Assembly: GCA_963739345.1 (NCBI GenBank)
Contig: CAVUAA010000002.1
Coordinates: forward strand, 330,713-394,712
Length of the DNA stretch: 64,000 nucleotides
Direction: 5' to 3'
DNA from: an uncultured Verrucomicrobiae bacterium
GTDB lineage: Bacteria; Chlamydiota; Chlamydiia; Chlamydiales; JAFEGQ01
Shown here: in pieces, positions 54,486 through 63,432 of the stretch
How positions within the stretch are numbered: the first letter of the stretch is position 1
Layout of the letters: each line of letters begins with the position of its first letter
Program-made: the position numbers and the translations under genes
Notes under the pieces: model-generated
Told to the model about the DNA's origin: nothing
The model's input: the letters and a program-made list of their open reading frames with translations, nothing else
Database searches by the model: none

Positions 54486-54777
54486 GTTAGGAGAGGGTGC
54501 TAAGTCGATGGTCCCGCCGGTCAAAGGGGCTGGGACGAAGATCAAAGAGTACTCAAAGAAAGTTGGTGAAGAGGTGAAGGATGGCGTCCAAGATGCCAAA
54601 GAGATGACGCATGAGTTGACCGACAAGATGCGGAAGAAGAGAGAAGAGCCAGAAGAAACAGAAGAGCCCGAAGTCGAAGAACCTCCTCCAGTCAAGAAAC
54701 CGCCTCCAGTAAAGAAGGCGCCCGAAGTCAAAAAAGCACCTCCAATCAAGAAAGCGCCCGAACACAAAGAAGAGTAG
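54400..54777 (+). CDS. hypothetical Lys/Glu/Pro-rich protein with C-terminal PPVKK-type repeats
   Basis: ATG 54400 is preceded by GGGAG. The C-terminus is PPPVKKPPPVKKAPEVKKAPPIKKAPEHK. It overlaps the upstream ORF by 86 nt (alternative ATG at 54508). Confidence 0.45.
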   Translation: MEEEKGWLKRVVGFWKKEVIPNSRAAFDELGEGAKSMVPPVKGAGTKIKEYSKKVGEEVKDGVQDAKEMTHELTDKMRKKREEPEETEEPEVEEPPPVKKPPPVKKAPEVKKAPPIKKAPEHKEE

Positions 54778-55769
54778 TGGAAGCTCTTCGTCGTTGGTTT
54801 CTCGCTCATCGGCGCTCGCTACCGTGGCGCGACGACCCTACACCCTACCGGGTGTGGGTCTCCGAGGTGATGCTCCAGCAGACGCAAGTGTCGGTTGTCA
54901 TCCCCTATTTCGAGCGGTGGATGGAGCGTTTTCCCACCATCGAAGCGCTTGCGGACGCATCGGAAGAGGAAGTGGTCAAGATGTGGGAGGGGCTCGGCTA
55001 TTACTCCCGGGCCCGCAACCTTCATGCTGGTGCTAAAGCCGTCGGCAATAAGTTGCCCGCCAACGCGCAGGCGCTCTCTAAGATCAAGGGACTTGGCCCC
55101 TACACGATCGGCGCGATTTTGAGTTTCGCTTTCCACCAAAAGGCGGCAGCCGTCGATGGCAACGTGCTGCGAGTGATCAGCCGCTATCTCGGCATCGAAG
55201 AGGACATCTCAAAGGGGGCGACGCAAAAGCAAATTCTGCAGGAGGTGGAGAAGCTCCTTCCCGACGATGCTCCCTGGGAGGTGATGGAGGGGTTGATTGA
55301 GCTGGGGGCGAAAGTTTGTCGGCGGAAACCCGCGTGTCAGGACTGCCCGCTGCGGGGATCTTGTGTTGCGTACGCCGAGCAGAAGACCGAGCTAATTCCA
55401 TTCAACTCCCGAAAAAGCGTGGTGACAAATCTTCATCGCCTCGTCGCTGTCATCCGCGCCGACGGCGCCCTCCTTGTCCGCCGTGAAGAGGCGGGAGGTG
55501 TGATGGGCGGTCTCTATCAGTTTCCCTTTTTCGAGATGGATGATCAGGAGATCGAGGTGCATGTCGCTCATCTGGGTCTCAATGTGGAGGTGATCGACGC
55601 TCTTCCGGAAGTGAAACACACTTTCACTAGGTATCGTGCTCACCTTTATCCCTGGTTGCTTGAAGGGGAGCAGCGCGATGTTCCCGGATACAGCTGGGTT
55701 GATGCTGCTGACCTCCACGAGCTCCCTTTCTCTTCTGGCCACCGGCGGATTCTCCAACATGCGTGTTAG
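54777..55769 (+). CDS. mutY: A/G-specific adenine DNA glycosylase MutY
   Basis: LPWRDDPTPYRVWVSEVMLQQTQV, GLGYYSRARNLH, 4Fe-4S motif CRRKPACQDCPLRGSC, NUDIX-like C-terminal domain. Confidence 0.92.
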   Translation: MEALRRWFLAHRRSLPWRDDPTPYRVWVSEVMLQQTQVSVVIPYFERWMERFPTIEALADASEEEVVKMWEGLGYYSRARNLHAGAKAVGNKLPANAQALSKIKGLGPYTIGAILSFAFHQKAAAVDGNVLRVISRYLGIEEDISKGATQKQILQEVEKLLPDDAPWEVMEGLIELGAKVCRRKPACQDCPLRGSCVAYAEQKTELIPFNSRKSVVTNLHRLVAVIRADGALLVRREEAGGVMGGLYQFPFFEMDDQEIEVHVAHLGLNVEVIDALPEVKHTFTRYRAHLYPWLLEGEQRDVPGYSWVDAADLHELPFSSGHRRILQHAC

Positions 55770-56625
55770 AATCCTTGATCCGGGTGAGACACAATATGGT
55801 GCCGTCAATCTTTTTGCAGAGCAGCTCGCTGACGCCTATCGGGGGCTCGGCCACTCCCTGGTCGCAGAAGAGGCTGATCTCATCCTCTCCTTCACCACTC
55901 TTCCTAAAGGGTGCAGCGGCATCCAATTGCTTGTCGACCATCCACTCGCCCGTCACATCTCCCCAGGTGCCCTCGTTGGCTGTGTCGATCAGACACATTT
56001 GCCCATCGTCTCCCGCTACTTCGACGCCACTCCCTTTTTCTTTCCCCACGCCGGCTGCTGCCTAGAGGGGCCCGGCGATCCGCACGCTCACCGTGATATC
56101 GACATTCTCTTTACTGGCAGCTTCGAAGATCCCCGTTGCTACCAGCCCGTCCCGTGCGGCGAGCCGTCTGATCTTGCGCACGCCCGCACCCTCTTCCACT
56201 TGCACAATCGGCATGAGCGCTACTCCCGCCGCGAAGCGGTCCTTCGCACCCTCGCTGATGCCGGCCTCACTGTCGATATCTTTGGAAACGGCTGGGAGGC
56301 TCTTCCTGTTCCTCACCGCTTCCACGGTCCCGTCCCATTCAGAGAAGCGCTCGCCCTCTACCGCCGCGCCAAGATCGTCCTCCACATTTGTCCCGGTTTC
56401 CCAGGAGGGAGTCACGAGCGGGTCTACTCTGCGCAGATGGCCGGCGCTGCTGTCGCCACCGACGCTGACCAGATCGCCGCTCTTCTAAAAGAAGAAGGCC
56501 GGCGAACCGCTTTCGCCGCCGCCGACCAAGCTAAGGCGTTTAGGTCACACACCTGGATGGTGCGAACGAATCTGGTGCCAGGTGTTAAAAAAAAAGGCAT
56601 TCCTCTTGAGAGAGGAATGCCCTGA
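55759..56625 (+). CDS. CgeB-like glycosyltransferase (Glyco_trans_1_2-type C-terminal domain)
   Basis: Start at ATG 55759 (11-nt overlap with mutY). DIDILFTGS...VDIFGNGW...ALALYRRAKIVLHI...ERVYSAQMAGAAV. Confidence 0.5.
   Translation: MRVRILDPGETQYGAVNLFAEQLADAYRGLGHSLVAEEADLILSFTTLPKGCSGIQLLVDHPLARHISPGALVGCVDQTHLPIVSRYFDATPFFFPHAGCCLEGPGDPHAHRDIDILFTGSFEDPRCYQPVPCGEPSDLAHARTLFHLHNRHERYSRREAVLRTLADAGLTVDIFGNGWEALPVPHRFHGPVPFREALALYRRAKIVLHICPGFPGGSHERVYSAQMAGAAVATDADQIAALLKEEGRRTAFAAADQAKAFRSHTWMVRTNLVPGVKKKGIPLERGMP
56587..56621 (-). terminator. strong intrinsic terminator for minus-strand transcripts
   Basis: Perfect 11-bp stem ggcattcctct/agaggaatgcc (56596-56621) with a tgag loop. On the minus strand it is followed by U9 (A9 at 56587-56595). 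It is embedded in the last codons of the plus-strand CDS. Confidence 0.7.
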
Positions 56626-57339
56626 TATTTCAGAATGATTTTTCAGATTAGAAGGAGACGGAGAGAGAGCCGCGGACGACCGAAACTCGCTCTTTTCCAA
56701 GTTTGGAAATTGCCTTTGCTTCTTTCGATCGGGGCTGCAGTCCGAAACCAGAATGCGGCTCAGACTTGCTCCCAGAATCGAGATGGCTCTTTTTGAAAGA
56801 GCCATCTCCAAATGGTGATCGGTTACTGTTTTTCACTCTTACTCCTCAATCTGTCCATCGGATGGACAGTGGTGGTAGAACAGCATAGCTGAAAACGCCT
56901 CACACTTGCAACGCCTCCAGGTTGAAAGCAATCCCTTCTAACGGATCGCATGGTGCCACTCCCCCGGCAGTGGAGACAGTAAAGCCATCCACTGCAGGTA
57001 GGTTGTCCGACGGGGCAGGGGATTCCCATGCCGCAGATTAGGACAACATTGAATGACAGCTTGAGCGGTCTGACTAACCCCACTATCCATTGTCGGAAGG
57101 GTCATGAGGTGTGACGGCTTGCTCATCTACCTTAATTTCCAATCTCGCCAAAATAGACGAGTTTTGTTTTCAAACACAAAAGTTTAAATCCCAAGAATAG
57201 TGGTTTCAAGCAATTCACTGTTGCTCTCACCTCCTTCTCTGCTTATCTTTCCACCCATATTGGGACGTCTGGAATCTTTCACGACTCCAAGTTGTTGTGT
57301 AACAATATTATTACAAAATAACAAGGAGAGTGCGTGGGA

Positions 57340-58050
57340 TTACGAAGTGAGGATATGGAGGCGGGCGTCAGCGTAGTCGGCCATCGAGATGGAGCCGGCG
57401 GTGAAGGCCTGCATAAAGAGGGGTTCTGCGCCGCCGCGAGCGAGGTCGTCGAGGAGTTCTTCCCAGGCAAGTTGCTCCTGGTCAGGGGTGCCGAGCTCTC
57501 CCTGCAAAAGGGCTATTCTTAAGAGGTTGTGTGCGCGAAGGAGGGGAGCGTCGACACCGTGGAGACTCTCTTTGAGGGCGATGGCGTGGTCGAGGGCTGA
57601 GCCTAGTTGTCCTTCGGCGACGAGGAGCGATCCCTCTGAGAAGGTAGCGTAGTAAGACGGAGTCGTCCGCTCCAGAAGGGGAGCGGCGATGTCGCGCGCG
57701 GCCGCTGCATCACCCCCATTGATGTGAGCTTGGGCGAGAGGGCCGTCATATTTTGCGTGCAGCTCACTGTGACGTTGCAGCACCTCTTCGAGCTGGGCGA
57801 TTAGGCTTCCCTTCTCTTCTGAGTTGGTCAGGAGGTGATGGAGGTTGACCTGAGCTTGGAGAAAATCGTGCTCCTGGCTTTCACCTTTATTGAAAAACGA
57901 GCGGAAAATGAACGCTGAGGCGACCATCAACATGAGCGCAGCATAGAACAGCTTCTGCTTGTGCTTAATGATCAGCGCCAGGATGAGAGGCACTGGAGCC
58001 TCTTCGGCCTCAGCGGCTTGAGGATAGATTCGGTGTCGCTTCGAGGTCAT
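57340..58050 (-). CDS. N-terminally membrane-anchored helical-repeat (TPR/YfgM-like) protein
   Basis: TM LFYAALMLMVASAFIF, followed by a helical Ala/Leu-rich region. Confidence 0.5.
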   Translation of the reverse strand: MTSKRHRIYPQAAEAEEAPVPLILALIIKHKQKLFYAALMLMVASAFIFRSFFNKGESQEHDFLQAQVNLHHLLTNSEEKGSLIAQLEEVLQRHSELHAKYDGPLAQAHINGGDAAAARDIAAPLLERTTPSYYATFSEGSLLVAEGQLGSALDHAIALKESLHGVDAPLLRAHNLLRIALLQGELGTPDQEQLAWEELLDDLARGGAEPLFMQAFTAGSISMADYADARLHILTS

Positions 58051-58116
58051 AATTTTGTGTACACAATTGTGTAAGAGAGCTCATTATATCCGCTTCTCCA
58101 TTGTTGTAAAGAGTCT

Positions 58117-58869
58117 ATGAACGACTTATTGGTCGAAATCGATCCCAAGCGGATCACCGTGAGTCCTTACCAACCGCGAAAGCTCTTTCGCGATGAAGAG
58201 CTCGAAGAGTTGGCCGCCTCAATCCGGTCAGTGGGTGTGTTACATCCGCCTCTGGTTCGGCCGCTGGGCAACGGCGATTATGAGCTGATTTCGGGAGAGC
58301 GTCGCCTCCGGGCTGCGCAGCTGGCGGGAATGGAGCTAGTGCCGGTGGTGGTGCGGGAGACGGAAGGGGAGGTGGGGGCTCAGGCGACCCTGATTGAGAA
58401 TATTCAGCGGGTCGACCTCAATGCAATCGAGGTGGCGAAGGGGCTTCAGGATCTAATCGACTCTTTTGGCTACAGTCAGTCGGAGCTGGCAAGGAGGGTG
58501 GGGAAGAAGCGATCGACAGTGGCCAACTACCTCCGCCTTCTGGCGTTGCCGGAGGAGGTGCAGAGGAGTGTTGAGCGGGGAGAGATCACGATGGGGCACG
58601 CCAAGGCGGTGCTCGCTCGCGCTGAGAATGAGCGGCTCGGCTTTCATCGCGAAATTGTGCGGGAGCGGCTCACTGTTCGCGAGACCGAGCAGAGATTAAA
58701 AAAACCTGATATCTATGCAGAAGACCTGAAAAGAGGACTCGAGCGGCATCTTGGCACGCGTGTTAGCGTCGGAAGAGGGAAGATCACGCTTGAGTACAAC
58801 GATCTAGATGACCTAGATCGACTGCTGGAGGCGATGGGTTTTGAGTGTGGAGACAACATTCTTAGTTGA
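58117..58869 (+). CDS. parB: chromosome partitioning protein ParB/Spo0J
   Basis: ISGERRLRAAQLAG, ENIQRVDLNAIEVAKG, HTH SQSELARRVGKKRSTVANYLRLL. Confidence 0.9.
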   Translation: MNDLLVEIDPKRITVSPYQPRKLFRDEELEELAASIRSVGVLHPPLVRPLGNGDYELISGERRLRAAQLAGMELVPVVVRETEGEVGAQATLIENIQRVDLNAIEVAKGLQDLIDSFGYSQSELARRVGKKRSTVANYLRLLALPEEVQRSVERGEITMGHAKAVLARAENERLGFHREIVRERLTVRETEQRLKKPDIYAEDLKRGLERHLGTRVSVGRGKITLEYNDLDDLDRLLEAMGFECGDNILS

Positions 58870-60994
58870 AGGGATGCACTGCGCCAGCTGTGTGACAGGC
58901 ATTGAAGAGCGCTTGCTCGGTTTCGAGGGGGTGGAGAGCGTCTCGGTCAATTTTGCGACAGGGAAGGCTGCAGTGACCCATCGAGTGGAGATGATCTCGC
59001 CGGGCGAGATGTTAGCTGCGATCGAGGCGCTCGGCTACAGAGGGGTGATCGAGTCGGCAGAGGCCAGAATTGAGCTAAAAGAAGAGCGGGGTCGAGCTTT
59101 CAAGCGGGACCTGATCATCTGGATCATTTGTTCCCTCTTTGCCCTTCCCCTTCTCGTGCAGATGGTGGTGAATCCCTTTAATCGGGGCTTCGAGATGGCC
59201 GGTTGGCTTCAGTGGACCCTTGGAACGATTGTTCAATTTGGTCTTGGGATTCCGTTCTATCGGAGTGCGTGGCAGGGGCTGAAGGCAAAAACGACCAACA
59301 TGGACTCGCTGGTTGTTCTCGGCACGTCGGCCGCCTATTTCTACAGTTTCATCGTTCTCGCCTTCGACCTGGAGCATCCCCTCTATTTCGACGCAGCAGC
59401 GATCCTCCTGGTGATGATCAGTCTTGGGAAGCTGCTCGAGGCGATGAGTAGTGGGCGGGCTTCAGCTGCGATCGAGAAGCTGCTCCACCTTCAGCCGCAG
59501 ACGGCCCGGGTGGAGCGGGAGGGGGAGCAGGTAGAGATCCCCCTTGCCCAAGTGAGAGTGGGGAACACTCTCTTTGTCCGTCCGGGGGACACGGTTCCGG
59601 TCGATGGGGAGGTGATCGACGGTGAGTCGGACATCGACGAGTCGATGTTGACTGGTGAGAGCATCTCGGTGATGAAACGGTCAGGCGATCGGCTGTTTGG
59701 CGGAACGCGCAACGGACAGGGGGCGTTGCGGCTGCGGGCGACGGCGGTGGGTGCCGGGACGGCGCTCGCCGGCATTGTCTCCCTTGTCGAACAGGCTCAG
59801 AAGTCGAAGGCGCCCATTCAACGGCTGGCCGACAAGATCTCGTCGTATTTTGTTCCGATTGTGATCGCCATTGCGTTGGCGACGTGGGTCCTTTGGTGGT
59901 TGATCGGCGGGGTCTTCTCCACAGCTCTTGTCAACGCGGTCGCTGTCCTTGTGGTCGCCTGCCCATGTGCTCTTGGTCTCGCTGTGCCCACCGTGATGAT
60001 GGTGGCGAGTGGTCTGGGTGCGGAGATGGGAATCTTGATCAAGGATGCCTCTGCGCTCGAGATCTCAAAGCGACTAGACACGGTGATTCTCGACAAGACG
60101 GGCACCCTCACTGAGGGGAAGCCGAGCGTCTCCGCGGTCATCCCTGCGGAGGGGAAGAGCGAGGAGGAGCTGCTTGCGATCGCCCTCACGATCGAGCTCA
60201 ACTCGGAGCATCCACTTGCTCGGGCAATTGTTGCTCGCGCGAAGGAGAGAAATATCTCTCCGAAGAAGGGGAGAGGCTTCAAAGCGACAGCTGGGCGGGG
60301 AGCGGAGATGAAGATCGAGGGGGCGGACATTCACCTCGCAGCGATTCGCTTCTTTGAGGGGATGCTTCCCGAAGAGGTGGAGCGGTTGGAGCTGCGGGGG
60401 AACACGGTGATTGCCGTGTGGAGCGATGCGGGGCCGATCGGATTCATTGGGATCGCCGACCGTGTGCGGGACAGCTCAGCTCGGGCGGTGAGTCAGCTCA
60501 AGGAGCTCGGCCTAAATCCTGTGATGATCACCGGCGACAACCGGGAGACGGCGGCGGCCGTTGCGCAGCAGGTGGGAATCGATCAGTTTCTTGCAGAGGT
60601 GTTGCCAAAAGACAAGGCCGCCAAGGTGGAAGAGTTTAAGGCTCATGGAAAATTCGTTGGAATGGTGGGTGATGGGATCAACGACGCTCCTGCGCTCGCC
60701 GCGGCCCATGTTGGTTTTGCGATTGGGGCGGGCTCGGACATTGCGATTGAGGCGGCCGATATCACCCTGTTGAGAAGTGAGGTGACCAGCGTAGCCGACG
60801 CTGTCCGTCTTGCAAGAGCCACATTTCGGAAGATGAGGCAGAACCTATTTTTCGCCTTCGTCTACAACTGCGTCGGCATTCCGATCGCCGCCGCGGGCCT
60901 TCTCAATCCGGTGATTGCAGGGACTGCGATGGCAGCGAGCAGCATCTCGGTCATTCTAAATGCGCTGACTCTCCGCCGTTTTTCTGGGGATTGA
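58841..60994 (+). CDS. copA: copper-translocating P1B-type ATPase
   Basis: HMA motif GMHCASCV, TGES, CPC (VACPCALGLAVPT), DKTGTLT, GDGINDAP. TTG/GTG start overlapping the parB end. Confidence 0.9.
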   Translation: MSVETTFLVEGMHCASCVTGIEERLLGFEGVESVSVNFATGKAAVTHRVEMISPGEMLAAIEALGYRGVIESAEARIELKEERGRAFKRDLIIWIICSLFALPLLVQMVVNPFNRGFEMAGWLQWTLGTIVQFGLGIPFYRSAWQGLKAKTTNMDSLVVLGTSAAYFYSFIVLAFDLEHPLYFDAAAILLVMISLGKLLEAMSSGRASAAIEKLLHLQPQTARVEREGEQVEIPLAQVRVGNTLFVRPGDTVPVDGEVIDGESDIDESMLTGESISVMKRSGDRLFGGTRNGQGALRLRATAVGAGTALAGIVSLVEQAQKSKAPIQRLADKISSYFVPIVIAIALATWVLWWLIGGVFSTALVNAVAVLVVACPCALGLAVPTVMMVASGLGAEMGILIKDASALEISKRLDTVILDKTGTLTEGKPSVSAVIPAEGKSEEELLAIALTIELNSEHPLARAIVARAKERNISPKKGRGFKATAGRGAEMKIEGADIHLAAIRFFEGMLPEEVERLELRGNTVIAVWSDAGPIGFIGIADRVRDSSARAVSQLKELGLNPVMITGDNRETAAAVAQQVGIDQFLAEVLPKDKAAKVEEFKAHGKFVGMVGDGINDAPALAAAHVGFAIGAGSDIAIEAADITLLRSEVTSVADAVRLARATFRKMRQNLFFAFVYNCVGIPIAAAGLLNPVIAGTAMAASSISVILNALTLRRFSGD

Positions 60995-62249
60995 CGGCTA
61001 CCATTAGGATGAGCCAGGCGAGGGCAGCGCACGAGGCGCCGATGATCGTCGGTAGGCGGAAGTAGTGGGCAATCAGAGGGCCCGAGGCGATCGGGGTGAT
61101 CGCCTGCGCTAGTGATTGCACTGACTGATTGACTCCCATGATCTCACCTTGTTTCTCTTTGCCCGCCAGGTCTGAGACGATGGCGAGAATATTGGGCCAA
61201 GCGAGGCAGACGAAGAGGACAAGGAGGGGGTAGATGAACCAGAGCCAAAATGAGTTGGTGGGGAGGAGAAGAGAGAGGAGGACCAGCGCCATGCAGGGGA
61301 GAGAGACGGCGACGATTGAGCGGGGGCGGAAAATGCTGGAGATCGGAGGGGAGAGCGCCCCTTGGAGCAATGCATACCAGAGAGCAATGTAGGTAAACGT
61401 GTCTCCGATTAGCGTCTGATCGAACGAGAACTCTTGGATGAGATAGACCTGAAAGAACTGGGCGAAGAAGAACCAGGCAAGAGTGAAGAGAAAGAAGACG
61501 GTCATCGCTGCTCGGATCTGTGGTTGCTTGAACGCTCGATAGATGTCGACAAGGCCCGACCAGACGTGGATCTTTACGAAGCTCTTCTCGTGAATCGTTT
61601 CCTGGAACCAGAGCACCATCAGTCCCGTGTTGAGTGCGGCGAAAATTGCAGAGGCCCAAAACGGGGTGTCGTAGCTAAACCAGCTCACAATATCGGGGTC
61701 GGCAAGACGTCCTCCCACCACTGGTCCTAAGATGAAACCCACTCCCATCGCCAATGCGAGGAGGCCAAAGTAGGCCCCCTTTTTCTCGTCGTGGTAGAGG
61801 TCTGCCACTGACGATTGACAGATCGAGCTATTTCCTCCCATGAATCCGCAAACAAAGCGGCCTAAGAAAAGGATGGTGATGCTGTTGGCGAGAACGCCGG
61901 CGGCGGAGATGACGTAGCCAATGGTTGCTCCTCCAAGCGATAGGACTAGCCACAGCTTCCGGCCGTGCCGATCGGAGAGTTTCCCGAGGATCGGCGATCC
62001 GAAAAACTGCCCGATGGGGTAGATTGCCGTCAGAAAGCCGAGGACGATCCCGCGCACCCCGATCGACGTTGTTGCAGACATCACATCCGCACCCGGCATC
62101 GGCTCGAGCAGCATCGGTGCGAAGATTGGCACTACAAGCGCCACGCCAAGAAAGTCAATGAAGACCGTCAGGAAGATCGGCAAAAATCTGAGTGTTTTGA
62201 CCCTAAAAATCACACCTCTATGTTTAGCTATTGAAACAATGCTTGCCAA
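60951..62249 (-). CDS. MFS transporter (DHA1/tetracycline-efflux-like)
   Basis: 12 predicted TMs; motif A GKLSDRHGRK. The start is uncertain. Confidence 0.8.
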   Translation of the reverse strand: MASIVSIAKHRGVIFRVKTLRFLPIFLTVFIDFLGVALVVPIFAPMLLEPMPGADVMSATTSIGVRGIVLGFLTAIYPIGQFFGSPILGKLSDRHGRKLWLVLSLGGATIGYVISAAGVLANSITILFLGRFVCGFMGGNSSICQSSVADLYHDEKKGAYFGLLALAMGVGFILGPVVGGRLADPDIVSWFSYDTPFWASAIFAALNTGLMVLWFQETIHEKSFVKIHVWSGLVDIYRAFKQPQIRAAMTVFFLFTLAWFFFAQFFQVYLIQEFSFDQTLIGDTFTYIALWYALLQGALSPPISSIFRPRSIVAVSLPCMALVLLSLLLPTNSFWLWFIYPLLVLFVCLAWPNILAIVSDLAGKEKQGEIMGVNQSVQSLAQAITPIASGPLIAHYFRLPTIIGASCAALAWLILMVAVNPQKNGGESAHLE

Positions 62250-62487
62250 GAGTTAGCTTGGATCTAGTTTCTCAATGGATGGATGCAGGGGCATGATGAG
62301 CTTCATCAAGCGATGGCCGATGATGAGATCGTTGATTAAAGCCCGAGATTTGGATTGTGCCGGGCTTTGGGGTCGGGGCGATGGCAGACGTGCGTCGCAT
62401 ACTCGGGTGAATAGGGGCGCACGTCTGCCGACGCATCCGGGGCCGAATGCCGGTGCAAGGCGGATTTCGGATTTAATCAACGGTCTC

Positions 62488-63432
62488 ATGATGGTTGGGA
62501 CAGTGGTGCTGTTGCTGTGCGGTCAACCTTTGGTGGCGAAGTGCGGAGAGTGGACAACAGGTGTGCATGCGCTCTACTTCACGCCCATCACTAGTGCCTA
62601 TGGATATGCGAGCACCTTTAACGCGATTGCCCCTGGGACCGACACGCAAACGGGCGAAGCGCAGCTCGTCCCTTGCGCGGCTGACTGGGGATTTCGGGTT
62701 GTAGGCGACTATCTCAATGACTGTATGTTTGCCGGTGTGAGCTACCAGTGGTTTGCGGTGACTACCACCCGTGCGGTCACCGCCGCCAACATAGGGGTCC
62801 TAGGAGCATTGATCACCGGATCCGGCAGGGCAACGGGTCAAGTTGGAATCGAGTACCAGAATGTCGATGCAAGAGTGGGAAAGCACCTGGTGCGCGGGTG
62901 TGTATCTTCTTTCTACCTCTACGGGAACGGCCGTTGGGTAGATCTCTCTTATCGCCGCGGAGCGCGCACCACTCTTACCAACGGCGGGATTGCGAGTTCA
63001 CACGAGAAATCTCAGCTTCAAGGTGGGGCGATTGGAATAGGTGTCGGCGGAGAGTTTGATATCCGGTGCGGCATTGGCGCGTTTTTCGACGGCAATGTCT
63101 TGGGTGTGATTGGGAAACGGTCGCTCAAGAATGTGGAATTCCAGGGATTCAACCCAGGTTTCACCCCACAGATTCGGCGAGCCAAGTATCCAACAGAGAC
63201 GTGTGTTCTTCCAGAAGTCGATTTCCGCATAGGGATCAACTACACCTACATGTGTGGCTGCTGGGAGGTGATCGGTGAACTAGGTTATGAAGTGGACTAC
63301 TTCTGGGACGGGTCGATATTCCCCAACCTCACCGGTGTCGATCTTGGACTTGGTGGTACACGAGAATTTGTCCCTGTCTGCCAAGATCTTGGATTTTCCG
63401 GCCTATTTTTTGGAGCACGCCTTGTTTTCTAG
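62488..63432 (+). CDS. MOMP-like Cys-rich beta-barrel outer-membrane protein, tandem paralogue 1
   Basis: Start at ATG 62488 (MMVGTVVLLLCGQPLVA). GVHALYFTPITSAYGY, ADWGFRVVGDYLNDCMFAGVSYQWF, C-terminal GFSGLFFGARLVF. Confidence 0.7.
   Translation: MMVGTVVLLLCGQPLVAKCGEWTTGVHALYFTPITSAYGYASTFNAIAPGTDTQTGEAQLVPCAADWGFRVVGDYLNDCMFAGVSYQWFAVTTTRAVTAANIGVLGALITGSGRATGQVGIEYQNVDARVGKHLVRGCVSSFYLYGNGRWVDLSYRRGARTTLTNGGIASSHEKSQLQGGAIGIGVGGEFDIRCGIGAFFDGNVLGVIGKRSLKNVEFQGFNPGFTPQIRRAKYPTETCVLPEVDFRIGINYTYMCGCWEVIGELGYEVDYFWDGSIFPNLTGVDLGLGGTREFVPVCQDLGFSGLFFGARLVF

Noticed and set aside
56640-57130. Possible tmRNA, RNase P RNA or SRP RNA in the large non-coding gap
   Set aside because: Only short partial resemblances were found on the minus strand. 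cattctggtttcggac resembles the tmRNA 5' motif GATTCTGGATTCGAC. ggagcaagtc and gtaagag resemble RNase P segments. ctaccacca is not preceded by a T-arm and lacks the G3-U70 context. Motif order and distances do not fit any of these RNAs, so no class is assigned.
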